A DNA stretch of 64,000 bases from Octopus vulgaris (GCA_951406725.2 OX597832.1:49166001-49230000); one strand, 5' to 3'; shown: positions 14,225-27,452, counted from the stretch's first letter. Notes: generated by a model not told the origin, from the letters alone. A program made the numbers and translations.

Positions 14225-14368
14225 GACAGGCTTCTTTCAGTTTTCGTCTTTGGTCGGTCCGAAGCTATAGTTGAAGAGACTTGCCGAAGGTGCCACGTAG
14301 TGGCACTGAACTTGGAACCATGTGATTGGTAAGCAAGCTACCTACCATACAGCCACTTTTGCGCCTAT
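13972..14368. mobile_element. Two family A half-SINEs in inverted orientation around a (TA)n tract
   Basis: Plus head ~13972-14136; minus head ~14222-14368. Confidence 0.85.
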
Positions 14369-14445
14369 AATTTTATCTATATGTACGCGCATATAAGTCT
14401 AATTTTTTGTGCGTGTTTGTGTGTGTATTATATATACATGCATAT

Positions 14446-14514
<69 letters not shown>

Positions 14515-14633
14515 CATGCTAGAAGAAGATCCGCTATGGTCTTATAACTAAGAAAGGAATGTTCTCAAGAAAATTTAGCAAACACCAGAACGTAAGCGTG
14601 CAGGACTAATGCAAAGATACAAAATATAGATTT

Positions 14634-14705
14634 ATCACAAACCAGATTTTGTTGTTATCACTTACGTAATCATTTACGTAATTGTCCGCAACTCATCAGT
14701 GTGAT
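14634..14705 (-). ncRNA. Decayed type I hammerhead (G12 to A)
   Basis: AUCACA CUGAUGA GUUG...CAAC AAAA UCUGG UU UGUGAU; 6-bp stem I, 4-bp stem II. Confidence 0.6.
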
Positions 14706-15090
14706 CGTCTTTGCAAATATAACACGCAGAACTATACACGAGACGTCCGTATGAGATTGATCATGTATACAGTTCTACCAATTACAATTGGGGTCACCTG
14801 TCGAAAGTCTTCGTGTTAGCGCGCCAAGCAACCGGAAATAATTCTTCAAGAGTCAAGACTATCGATAAAGTTGCAAGACGCAATGAAAATTTTAGGAAAA
14901 TAAAAATAAGAAATAAGTGGAAATTTTACCGGTGAGTGTGTTTAAATTATAAGACACAAAATGAAAATGACTCTCCCCAAATACACGAACTCATATAAAG
15001 AATCTTGCAAATCAAATCCAAAAACGAAATATATATATATAGTAAGTTAGTAAGGAGAGACACACAAATAAGAAAGAATAAAGCAAAGGA

Positions 15091-15130
15091 CCACTGATGA
15101 GGTCACAGACGTGTGACGAATGAACTCTGG
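15091..15130 (+). ncRNA. Degenerate hammerhead-like motif
   Basis: CCA CUGAUGA G GUCAC-AGACGU-GUGAC GAA UGAAC UC UGG; stem III disrupted. Confidence 0.45.
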
Positions 15131-15734
15131 CCTAAATAAGATTAAGATTAATGTAAAAAATAAATAACGCTGAAGCAATGTAACACCAAATATATAGTGC
15201 GTGTGTTTTTATTGGCTAAACTGGCAAAATGACCATTCCTAAATACAACAATATATATATATATATACATATATACACGCATGTGTTTACGGCGGACTTC
15301 CACGCTGTTTCTGTCATATTCACTTACAAAACATTTTGTCAGCCAGAGGCTGAAGTAAAAGACCAAGTACTTACCACGCAGTGGGATTGAACCCCAAACC
15401 ACGTGGTTGCCAAGTGAGCTACTTAACCGCACGACAATGCCTGCGCCTATATGAAGAAATTCCTAATATTTTCCCTAAGGTCAATAAAACAGCTAAGGAC
15501 ATTATTAGCCGATATAAAATCGTCTATTCTATAATATATAGCTGTGCTTGTGTGCTTCCGTAGAAAATAACGGCAAATTAGAACAATCATTAGAAGGTTC
15601 AATCACTCTTCTAATTTGTCTTGCAGATTCTTATTCCGTTCCGGTTGTCTGCGCTCTGAGTTCTAATCCTGAGGAAGTCGAATTTGCCGTTCATCATTTC
15701 CAGGTCAGTAAATATCATATTGGTCTAGTACAGA

Positions 15735-16225
15735 TGTCTCTTCTCTGTCTGTCTCCGTATCTATCTTTCTCTCTCTATCTTTCTCTCTCTCTCTTTCTCA
15801 CTTGCTCACTCTCTCTCTCTCTCTGTCTACCTACCTATTTTTCTATCGTTTCCTTTCCCCCTCTCTCTCTCTCCATCTCCCACCCACCCCCTTCTTTATT
15901 TCAGTCTTTTCCACACCTTCTCTCTACCCATCTTTCTCCCTATCTTTCTCCTAACCTCCGTTCTCTCTCTCTCTCTTTCTCTTTCTCTCTCTCTCTTTTT
16001 CTCTCTCTCTCTCTTGCAACCTCCTTCCCTCATTTTCTCTCACTGTCATTCTCTCCCTGTTTCCCTGTCTCCCTTTCTCTTTCCCTTCCTCACTTACTCT
16101 CTCCTTTTTATTCTCTCCCTCCCTCTCTCTCCCTCTCATTCCCTCTTCGCTCCTTCTCATTCTCCCTCCCTGTCTCTCACTTTTCCTATTCTCCCTTCCG
16201 CTCACGTTCTCCCTTTTTTTCTTTC
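15735..16225. repeat. CT-rich low-complexity tract
   Basis: Polypyrimidine sequence. Confidence 0.9.
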
Positions 16226-16313
16226 TGTACTGTATGTCAGAGTTCCACCTTTGTTACATTGTGTCACACTGATCCAGCACTCATGAGTGCGCAGAAACTC
16301 AGCTACCCTACAT

Positions 16314-16492
16314 AGGCGCAGGAGTGGCTGTGTGGTAAGTAGCTTGCTTACGAACCACATGGTTCCGGGTTCAGTCCCACTCCGTGACTCCTTGGGCAAG
16401 TGTTTTCTACTATAGCCTCGGACCGACCAAAGCCTTTTGAGTGGATTTGGTAGATCGAAACTGAAAGAAGCCCATCGTATATATGTATGTGT

Positions 16493-16529
<37 letters not shown>

Positions 16530-16770
16530 TGTGTGTTTGTGTGTTTGTGTTTGTCTCCCCAACATTGCTTGACAACCGATGCTGGTGTGTTTACGTCCCC
16601 GTAACTTAGCGGTTCGGCAAAAGAGACCGATAGAATAAGTACTAGGCTTACAAAGAATAAGTCCTGCGGTCGATTTGCTCGACTAAAAATGCGACGCTCC
16701 AGCACGGCCGCAGTCACATGACTGAAACAAGTAAAAGAGTAAAAGAGTAAAGAGTAAAGAGTAAAGAGTA
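16314..16770 (+). mobile_element. SINE family A, full length
   Basis: aggcgcaggagtggctgtgtggtaag head to (agagtaa)n tail. Confidence 0.92.
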
Positions 16771-17185
16771 TACACGAGCTGAGATCAAGTGAGTCGAACA
16801 AGTGAATAAAGACACATCATCGCTGAGAGTGACGGAGAATTCGCCATACGACATATCTTTAAAAAATCAATATTGCGAAGAAACCGCACAAACGATCCAC
16901 CTAATAGCTTCATTATCTCCCTTGGTTAATTTCTTTTTCATTTTAATGGAGAAATGATTGACGTTTCCCAGAGGAAAGAAGTATCAAGATAAAAGAAGAA
17001 AAAAAAAAAAGGCTTTTTTCCCTTTTATTTATTTTTTTTTTTTTATTTTTTTTTTTGCTTGAGATGAGATGCTACCTCCAGTGGGAAATCAAAATACTTC
17101 CATGGATATTATCTTTGTCTTCATTATGTTTAATAGAAAATTTCTCTGATATATTTTTGTTTCAAAATCATTTAATAATAATAAC

Positions 17186-17242
<57 letters not shown>

Positions 17243-17692
17243 GATGATGATGATGATGATGATAATAATAATAATAAACATCTATTGCAGTACAGGCATT
17301 CACCTATTTTTGAAATATTTTAATTTCCCTTGAGTCTGGTTTCTCAACGCGGTTGATTTTAAACTTTTGATAAGAAAAGCAGCGAAAAAACTGAAATGTG
17401 GACATTGAGGTTAGTTTCTCGGATTCAAAGTGTTATTTGTAAATACGGAAGCTCTGAGGTGCCGTAATAAATAACTAATTAGTCAAATTATAGCTCATTT
17501 ATACGTAATTCATACTTGTACTCGAGATGTGAAATTAGATGCTTCGAAGATGTCAAGAGGGATTAAAGTTGAAAAGTCGGACTTTCTTTCGACACAACAG
17601 GAACATTGGGCAAGAGCTCAATCTGGTTTTCGAGATGTAGAAGAGATGTGTCTGTCTGTCTGTATGTAAGTATGCATGTATGTATGTATGTA

Positions 17693-18076
17693 TTACCAAC
17701 CACATGGTTCTGGGTTCAGTCCCACTGCGTGGCACTTTGGGCAAGTGTCTTCTACTATAGCCTCGGGCCGACCAAGCCTTGTGAGTAGATTTGGTAGACG
17801 GAAACTCAAAGAAGCCCGTCGTATATATGTATATATATATATATATATGTTTGTGTGTGTGTGTGTGTGTATGTTTGTCTGTCTATGTTTGTCCCCCAAC
17901 ATCGCTTGATAACCGATACTGGTGTGTTTACGTCCCCGTAACTTAGCGGTTCGGCAAAATGGCCGAAGTCAAACGACTAAAACAAGTAAAAGAGTAAACG
18001 AGTAAAAGAGTATACATGTATGAATGTATGTACGTATGTATATGTGTGTGCGTGTGTACGTGTCTATGTTGTATGT

Positions 18077-18109
<33 letters not shown>

Positions 18110-18278
18110 CGTGTATTGCAGGCGTGGCTGTCTGGTAAGAAACCTGCTTACCAATCATATGGTTCCGAGTTCAGTCCCACTGCGTGGCACGTTGGGCAAG
18201 TGTCTTCTACTATAGCCTCGGCCCGACGAAAGCCTTGTGTGTGAATTTAATTCATGGAAACTGAAGGAAACCCGTCTT
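17693..18278 (+). mobile_element. Family A SINE with internal deletion, followed by a second head fragment
   Basis: 17693-18010 and 18115-18278 match family A. Confidence 0.85.
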
Positions 18279-18531
18279 ATATATATATATGTACAATCTA
18301 AGGTCCTCTTAGGGTGGAAAGTTGTGGTATTTCCAGAGAAGCACTCGACCAGAATGCTGAGCTATCAAGAATATGGGGTTCCAGGCCAAAACCTGAATTC
18401 CTCAGTATAGTGAGTTTGGTGACGTTGCGTAAACTAGCGTTGCAAAGAGTTAACACAGAAACAATTGTAACGAATTATTGAAGATGTGTTAAGGAAATTT
18501 TTTTTGCCTTCTTCCTATCAATTGTACACAG

Positions 18532-18573
<42 letters not shown>

Positions 18574-18682
18574 GTCTGCGTACATCTTTTGTTTGTGTTT
18601 ATCTGCGTGCGTATCCATGTATTGCAGGCGTGGCTGTCTGGTAAGAAACCTGCTTACCAACCGGGTTCAGTCCCACAGCGTA

Positions 18683-18950
18683 GCACTGGGGTCAATGTAA
18701 TCGACTTAATCCCTAGGGGCTAAACTTAGAGGGGACAAACAAGAACAGACAAAGGGATTATGTCGATGACATCGACCCCAGTGCGTAACTGGTACTAAGC
18801 ATTTCGCCCGGCGCGCTAACGTTTCTGCCAGCTCGCCGCCTTATGTGTCAGTGGATTTTGAATGTTGAATAATTGCGGGTGACTAAGTGGAAGAAATAGA
18901 CTACGGATATCAAGTAACATATAAGAGTGCAAACGCAGCATGTATCAATT

Positions 18951-19021
<71 letters not shown>

Positions 19022-19447
19022 ATCTTTGTGTTTGTTCTATCGATCCTTTCGGGGTCTATAGACTCCGAAAGGATCGATAAGTTAAGTACCAGTTACGCAC
19101 TGGGGTCAATGTAATCGACTTAATCCCTAGGGGCTAAACTTAGAGGGGACAAACAAGAACAGACAAAGGGATTATGTCGATGACATCGACCCCAGTGCGT
19201 AACTGGTACTTTATTTATCGACTCCGAAAGGGATGAAAGGTAAAGTCGACCTCGGCAGAATTTGAACTCAGAACGTAACGGCAGACGAAATACCGCTAAG
19301 CATTTCGCCCGGCGCGCTAACGTTTCTGCCAGCTCGCCGCTTTATGTGTCAGTGGATTTTGAATGTTGAATAATTGCGGGTGACTAAGTGGAAGAAATAG
19401 ACTACGGATATCAAGTAACATATAAGAGTGCAAACGCAGCATGTATC
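18683..19447. repeat. Recent local duplication of inverted family B SINE pieces plus unique flank
   Basis: 18683-18946 nearly identical to 19097-19447 except an ~86-bp deletion in the first copy. Confidence 0.85.
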
Positions 19448-19873
19448 TCGTCTACTTTTAATTTATTTTCTCTAATTATAAAGTAATATGTGTTAGAAAT
19501 AAATTAATACACCTCTTTATAGTTAAGCTTGCCACTTCATTGACTCCTACGCGCAACACTGGAAAACTTCGTAGGAATTTAATCTTTAGGATTTAATCAC
19601 AGTTAGCTTAGTCATGTGAAGGAGCGTGGCCGTAGATTAGAGGTTGCGGTGTTTGGCTCAGGGTCTTGATATCGTGGGTTCAGTACCTCGATCGGGACGT
19701 GCACTGTGTCTTTTGGATTAAAGACACTTCACTCTATGCTGTTCCAGTCAGCTCAGCTGAAAATGAATACAGCCGTGTGTACTGGTGTGTAATAGCCGGA
19801 AGTGAGTTCTTAATTTAAGGTTCCGTTTCAAACTGCTTTCTTATTCAGATCCTGATAATCCTAACTAAAATGT

Positions 19874-19938
<65 letters not shown>

Positions 19939-19939
<1 letters not shown>

Positions 19940-20705
19940 CTTATTGGGTCCACAGAGTCAAAACAGCTTTTGAGCCAACCCAATCAGTCGCCGACAAAAT
20001 TTTAACATTAAACAGCTTGGATATGTTACCACCTAGACCCCGGCGGGTAGTGCCCGCTACCCACTCGGGTTCTATCCCGTGTTGCAACCCGCAGACCCAA
20101 GCTCTTGTCAAATTCTTCCCACAATACGTAGGAAGAAACAAAATCTCTTTGCTCTCTAAGGGCTGGCTTGCAAATTTGCGAGGCTCCTCAGGAGTGTCAA
20201 AATGCAACCACACTATTGCATTCTTGATCCCACCCCTGGAGATGAATTTTATAGTTGGCAAATACTCTGCCAACTCTTTTACAATTTGTATCTTTTTAAA
20301 GAGGGCGATGGTGTCGAGCGACTTGGAGTAAGTCCTTAACGCCACCGTCCTCTCTTCAAGGTCTTTCATCCACTGTTTGGGTGGGATAATCTCTCACTCC
20401 AGCGCAGTGTTATTCATCTTTTTTGCCATGTTTTTGAGGAAAAAGTTCACAGAAAAACAAAAGTTCAAAGCGTTAAAAAAAAATGCAGGAAGGAAGGAAG
20501 AAGACAAGAAACAGTTCAAAACCATAGCAAACTATTTTTCTGGCCGTCCTGGTACTCCTGGCCAACTCGGTAATCTACTTGGTAATCCAGGACACAAAAC
20601 AGTTACACAACAATTTCACCAAAAAATGGGTAAAAAATAGGCACAATGTTCTCAATTATAGGAGGAGGGATACGCCCCCAAAGCACACTTCTCACCGCTA
20701 AGTGA
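19939..20705 (-). pseudogene. Tx1/L1-like LINE 5'UTR and ORF1 N-terminal fragment
   Basis: ATG at 20429 gives MAKKMNNTALE*EIIPPKQW, in frame with the 142-aa ORF MKDLEERTV...; complex non-repetitive protein of LINE ORF1 style; breaks off at (CT)n; family call by resemblance only. Confidence 0.6.
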
Positions 20706-20830
20706 GACTTCTGAGCACAACTACATGCAGATAATTTTCCCGCAACTCAGTGAAGATTTCTTGTTCGACAAAATAAACACGAGCAACAAACCCCGACTGA
20801 ATCCCCGAAAAAGAAAAACACATATCTTAC

Positions 20831-20890
20831 CTTGTAGTTGTGCTTCACTTCTTCAATAATTCACGACGTTGGTGTACGGCGTCGTGACTC
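20831..20890 (-). other. Candidate 60-nt non-coding exon
   Basis: T16-gcactgctAG acceptor and AAG|GTAAGA donor; stops in all three frames. Confidence 0.45.
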
Positions 20891-21459
20891 CTAGCAGTGC
20901 AAAAAAAAAAAAAAAACAACGCATGCGCGGCAAGCAAGCTTCTTACCACACAGCCACACCTGTGCCTAAACTCTTAGAAATTCAGGAAAATTATGGCTTT
21001 TGAATTAAACTGATTTTGTTGTACTAAGCGAGAGAGTATTGTTGACGTTGTTGCTTAGCTCCAAATCAAACCTGATCCAGTAGATCTGCGATTGAAGACG
21101 TTCCAGATGTGACCATCTAGTTCTATCTTCAGACATGTGTAGCTAAGCTTACATCGTACTACAGTGTATTTTTTTCTCTTCTTAAGGCGACAGGGTCTCT
21201 TACGTGATACAGTCATTTGACTACGGCCATGCTGGAGCACCGTCTTAAAGGGTTTTTTAGTCGGAGAAATCGACTCCAGCACTTAATCATTGTAAGCCTA
21301 GTACTTATACTGTCGATCTCTTTTGCCGAACCACTAAGTTATGATAGTGGACAAAAATAGACACAAAGACACACAAATACACACACACACACACACATAT
21401 ATATATATGTATATGTATATATATACACACACACACACACATATATATATGTGTATATT

Positions 21460-21500
<41 letters not shown>

Positions 21501-21501
<1 letters not shown>

Positions 21502-21790
21502 GAGGGCATTATTATACATACATGCCACACGCTAAGAGGGACAAAATTAGTCATTTCTACCAAAAATTTTACTAATCCCACCGAATGCAATTTTTCAAAG
21601 TAAGACATTTAAAAATATGGACTTGTATCACCTGTGATTTCATACCTCTGTATTCATCAGCAAACCTGGAGGTATCATAAATAAACGAACCCACCTCGTC
21701 TAAGCCGAGCAGCTAATTGATCAACTTCAACGAAGCACATGGGTGGGTTTACATATATTACATCCGGTAAATGGCAGACTTTTACGAATT
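21501..21790 (-). mobile_element. Short hammerhead-bearing element inserted in (TA)n
   Basis: ~290 bp between TA tracts; 3' motifs (gtagaaatg.cta, tgtggca, gccct) shared with 47530-47663. Confidence 0.7.
21620..21666 (-). ncRNA. Type I hammerhead ribozyme, intact core
   Basis: GGUUUG CUGAUGA AUAC-AGAG-GUAU GAAA UCAC-AG-GUGA UA CAAGUC; all three stems pair. Confidence 0.85.
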
Positions 21791-22450
21791 ATATATATAT
21801 ATACGATGAGCTTCTTTCAGTTTCCGTCTACCAAATCCACTCACGATGCTTTGGTCAGCCCGAGGCTATAGCAGAAGACACTTGCCCAGTGTGCCATGCA
21901 ATGGGACTGAACCCAGAACCCTGTGGTTGGGAACCATGCGGTTGGCAAGCCTCTTACCACACAGTTACGCCTGTTGCATTTCTTTTTTGTTTTTCAGAAA
22001 ATCAAACGAATATATAGGAGCTTCCCCGCTGGTTTGTCGAGAGACTGTAGCCTACTATGATTTGCGTAGATTATTTCCTAATATAAAAATGTAGACGTTT
22101 TTCCAATATTAGAAAAACATAAGCGTAGATTCGTTGTGCTGAGGGTTTAGGAAATTTCCTTCTCTGAAATTGCCTTTTCCGAAATTACAGTGACATTTGA
22201 AACTATAAGATCCATAAAGCTTCATCTAAGTACCTTTCAGAACGATTCAACGAGATGCCTTTTGCTTCATACTAACTCATAAACCCAGTAACCAGATCCC
22301 TCATTTTCGCAGCTTATCCCACTTGACATCTGCCAACCTAGTTTCCTTTATCAATTAATTTATCAGTTTGGCATCTTGTTATATTTTAAATATTATCCTA
22401 ATGTTTTTTGTTTTTCCTTTTTTTTTCCTACCTTTATGTATGTATGTATC

Positions 22451-22626
22451 TGGCACTCCGTCGATTACGACGACGAGAGTTCCAGTTGATCCGATCAACG
22501 GAACAGCTTGCTCGTGAAATTAACATGCAAGTGGCTGAGTACTCCACACAGAGGTGCACCCTTAACGTAGTTCTCAAGGAAATTCAACGTGAAGCAGTGT
22601 GTGACAAGGCTGCCCCTCTGAAATAC
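22451..22626 (-). mobile_element. SINE tail fragment matching the family C type-1 tail
   Basis: Reverse complement resembles 29985-30158. Confidence 0.75.
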
Positions 22627-22766
22627 GAATGTCTCTATGTTTCAATGAAAGCGTTTCTGAACGTATCTTTACATTTAATCTTCTACTTTTGTCAGTTACT
22701 GAGTAACTTCTTGAAGTGTTTAGTCATACAAACACATGCACACACATCCACACATATATATGTATG

Positions 22767-22806
<40 letters not shown>

Positions 22807-22908
22807 TGATTTTACATCAAGTAACAATTGCAACCCTAATAAAACGCATATTACTCTATATTTGGTAATCAAGTACAATTTTTTCCACCTTGTTTTGCAT
22901 TTATGTGC

Positions 22909-22944
<36 letters not shown>

Positions 22945-22947
<3 letters not shown>

Positions 22948-23210
22948 AGCCCAGATGTGGGTGTGTGGAAAGAGGCTTGCTTCCCAGTCATATGGCTCTA
23001 GGTTCAGTTCCACTGCGTGGCACCTTAGGTTAGTGTGGGCGGATTTGGTAGACGGAAACTGAAAGTAGTGTGCGTGCGTGTGTGTGTGTGTGTGTTTAAC
23101 CGATGCTGGCGTGTTTATGTTCCCGTAAGTAGCAGTTCGGCAAAAGAGATCGATAGCATAAGTACTAGGCTTGCAAAGAATAAGTCCTGGGGTCGATTTC
23201 TTCTACTAAA
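22945..23210 (+). mobile_element. Degenerate family A SINE
   Basis: Head and tail motifs with deletions. Confidence 0.75.
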
Positions 23211-23963
23211 ACTCTTGAAGTTGCACTTCCTCAGACTAGATTCGGTACTATAGCCGTTTGCTATAATTTTCGTGTTACGCTGATTAATAAAAGAGGCGAA
23301 GTTTTCCAACACGAATAGCTAACCTTGAGTGTTCTCTTATTAAAAATTCTGTAGAAATTATGGCTAGATTGAAAATGCTTAGAAACTAATTTTAAGAATT
23401 CCCTACAAATATTAGTTTTCACAGAAATATTAAATTCTGGTTATACCACAAAACCTCCCTAGTTCTAGTTCTACGCGATCTGTTATTGTTAGAATTAGCT
23501 TGACTACACTGGATGTTCTCCGAAAAGACACTTTTCTTCAATGTATTACCATAATACGGCGGGCATTTTGAAATGCTATCCCATCTGAAGAGATTGATAA
23601 TATTCGCCTTCCTATATTACTAACTAGGTTCTCAAGTATTACGGGTGGATGATAAGATTCTTTGCTAATATAGCATAGCTTTTCTACCTCTGGTATTCGA
23701 GTACTTTTTTTTCCACCTTGTTTCGCATTTATGTGATAACTCTGATACATATATAAATATTTTCTTCCAAGGAATCTAATGCGCTTGGCTTAGATTTTCC
23801 TTTGGGGCTGGCCAGATCGGAGCAATCTCAAGATTAATCAGCCGAAATTGCGAGGATGATCCGGTTCTTGACTGAAGATTGAAGGCTTCGAATGTCCCAT
23901 CTGTGTTTTTTGTATCGTCTTCTAAATGTTTTACGTTCTTGTCCCAGTTTGTATTTTTTTTAC

Positions 23964-24019
<56 letters not shown>

Positions 24020-24194
24020 GTTTAAATATTTGGTAAGATTAACGATTAATGTAAAAAATAAATATCACTAAGCAAAATAACTAAACTATATGAAGAAATA
24101 AAAACGTAGATACAAAAGAAGAAAGGGACCTCAATATTATGTAAATAGAAGAAATTTATCTGTAAAATAATATGTGACAATTATTCGGTAGCCA

Positions 24195-24260
24195 AAATAA
24201 AACTCTGAGTTTCGGATGCCGAGGTGGAAATCCACACCACCATCTCTTCGAATATTATTT
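24195..24260 (-). ncRNA. Degenerate hammerhead-like motif in a TA-flanked element (24018-24262)
   Basis: UCGAAGA GAUG...CAUC C GAAACUC-A-GAGU U; 5' core damaged. Confidence 0.45.
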
Positions 24261-24310
<50 letters not shown>

Positions 24311-24325
24311 AACATATTATTTTAC

Positions 24326-24356
<31 letters not shown>

Positions 24357-25043
24357 TATATACATAGCTATGTATGCACGTATGTGTATGTGATTATATT
24401 ATTTTACAGATATATATATATATATATATATATAAGAACATAGTTAGGTAGTGCTGAGTCTAGTTGTGTAAGGACTATATATATATTTATATATGTATGT
24501 ATATATACATAGGTATGTATATACGTATGTGTATGCGATTATAGATCTATAAACATGTGTCCCGTTGTGTATTATCCACTGTCTGCATACAATATACGTG
24601 CAATAATCAGTGATTATGAACATTACAGTGAAAAATTTGCATCGAATGAATTTTCATGAATATCGCCATTAATGTTAGGATAAAATAGCATATTACTGAA
24701 GTGAAGCGGTTGGAATATCCTACAGAAATTGACCGACATTGTCAAGGAATAACTTAAGAAATGGTAATTCGTTGTGCGGCTTTAGTAGTTAAAAAGCACA
24801 CAATTTATTCATAACTGCAAGCACGACCGGACTTTTGTAGCTTTTAGTAATATATCTGTAATTTATTCGTTTTAAGAGGAAAATGGGGGAAAAACAAAAA
24901 CAAAACATTTAACGTGTGAAAAATCATTAATAAATTTCTCTCTCTCTCTCTCTCTCCTCCCTGGCTCTTTCTCCTCCCTTTCTCTCCCTTCATCTCTCTC
25001 TCTCTCTCGTCCTTCTCTCTCTCTCTCTCTCGTACACACACAT

Positions 25044-25072
25044 ATCTATCTATCTATCTATTTATCTATCTC

Positions 25073-25167
<95 letters not shown>

Positions 25168-25168
25168 C

Positions 25169-25249
<81 letters not shown>

Positions 25250-25267
25250 GAGTGTGTGTGTGAGTGT

Positions 25268-25330
<63 letters not shown>
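25044..25330. repeat. (TCTA)n/(TA)n/(TG)n compound microsatellite
   Basis: Visible. Confidence 0.95.
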
Positions 25331-25332
<2 letters not shown>

Positions 25333-25333
25333 T

Positions 25334-25532
25334 AGGTGCAGGCATGGCTGTGTAGTAAAAAGCTGGCTTCCCAATCGCATGGTTATGGATTCAATCCCAC
25401 TGCGTGGCACCTTGGACAAGAATCTTTTACTTTAGCTACGGGCCGATTAAAGCCTTGTGAGTGAATTTGATAGACGGAAACTGAAAGAAGCCCGTCCTAT
25501 ACATATATATATACATATATATGTATATATTT

Positions 25533-25577
<45 letters not shown>

Positions 25578-25813
25578 TGTGTATGTATTTATGTGTGACT
25601 TTGTGTTTGTGTTTACCCCACTACCACCATCATTTGACAACCGATGCTGGTATGTTTACGTCCCCGTAACTTAGCGGTTCGGCAAGAGACTGCCCGATAG
25701 AATAAGTACTAGGCTTACAAAGAATAAGTCCTGGGGGTCGATTTGCTCGACTAAAGGCGATGCTCCAGCGTGGCCGCAGTCAAACGACTGAAACAAGTAA
25801 AGGAGTAAAAGAG
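25334..25813 (+). mobile_element. SINE family A
   Basis: Full-length match. Confidence 0.9.
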
Positions 25814-26575
25814 ATATATGAAACTGCGTGGACGAACTGATATGCCCCACAAGGCAACTGCAAACTTCCTTATGTACTACGGTACGTATTAAATCTTTAA
25901 CACATGTAAAAACTAAATGACCGTCGGTTAACTAATATATGTTTAAACTGCTGAATTTAATTTCATTAAAAAATAAGTGTAAAATTAATTAGAGCATTTG
26001 TAATAAACAATATCAGTGTTTGATGTAAAATTAAATAAAATACAAGACGATTTAGAAAAACATTTAACTCCCTATATTCGTCGCATTAACACAGCCAGAT
26101 CCCACAGTGTAATGATATAACTTTACAAACTCGGTTCGACGAACAGATTACAATTATAAAATGAAATGCTGAACTACACGCCCTTAATTTAATCCCCTCA
26201 ACAACCTTGTCACCAAAATCTGCAGCAGCATTTATATGAAGATATGTGTTTTTAATTTGTATTTAATTAACTTGTAAATATTTTTTTAGAGAAGCTGATG
26301 ATTTCTAATAATACTAATTTTATTTTATGTTTCGTTATAAACTACGCCCATGGCAACATCTGCACCGTGGAGATTAAGTCGTTCTTGATATTTGGGGAAA
26401 GTTAACACATGCGGTATCATGCCGGACTATACTCCTACGGACCTTTCCACGAGTCTCCGATTTTAAGATGAAATTCCAGTCAGAACAACACACCCTTTTA
26501 AATCCCTGGGTTTCAAGGTATACCATCAATTTCCACCCAACACCGCTGTGAAAATTAAATTTATATCTAAAATAG

Positions 26576-27013
26576 AGGCGCAGGAGTGGCTGCGTGGTAA
26601 GTGGCTTGTTTACCAACTACATGGTTCCGGGTTCAGTCCCACTGCGCGGCACCTTGGACAAGTGTCTTCTACTATAGCCTCGGGCCGACCAAAGCCTTGT
26701 GAGTGGATTTGGTAGACGGAAACTGAAAGAATCCCGTCGTATATATGTATATATATATATATGTGTGTGTTTGTGTGCGTGTATGTTTGTGTGTCTGTGT
26801 TTGTCCCCCTAGCATTGCTTGACAACTGATGCTGGTGTGTTTATGTCCCCGTCACTTAGCGGTTCGGCAAAAGACCGCTCGATAGAATAAGCACTGGGCT
26901 TACAAAGAATAAGTCTAGGGGTCGAGTTGCTCGATTAAAAGGCGGTGCTCCAGCATGGCCGCAGTCAAATGACTGAAACAAGTAAAAGAGTAAAAGAGTA
27001 AAGAGTAAAGAGA
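26576..27013 (+). mobile_element. SINE family A
   Basis: Full-length match. Confidence 0.92.
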
Positions 27014-27452
27014 GAATCAGAATTAAAGGAAACGCAATTATGCTCTTAAGCGTAAAATGTTTTACTTTACATTCGTCGCTGTTTTCCTTGGGGAAAGAGA
27101 AATTGTTACACTTTGCGATATTTTTAGCAAGTCCTAGGACGAATTCAGCTCTGGCATATTCCGGGTGGCTTTTACCGATTTTTCTTTTTTTTTTTTACAT
27201 GCAGAAAATAGTAAATGAGCAACTCACTTCTGGCTTCTACCAGTTTAACTAAGGTGCGGCCTGAGACACCCAGGGTTACCAGCCATTCATTTTATCGATC
27301 TATTTGAAAATGAAGCGTGGTCATATTTTCAAATCCATTGTTAAGAGGGTGATAGAGGCTTGGTGTCGCCACTGTTGACGAATAAAAAACCCCGGACACT
27401 CATGATAATGAGCGATATGTGTGGCGAGCCTGATACTAATGCAAATTGTTGG

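Larger units (their letters stand above)
21205..21975 (-). mobile_element. Older family A SINE split at its central microsatellite by a hammerhead element
   Basis: Tail at ~21205-21400, head at ~21802-21975. Confidence 0.75.

Noticed and set aside
26385-26470. Possible mariner HPPYSPDL relic
   Set aside because: Needs several frameshifts; too weak
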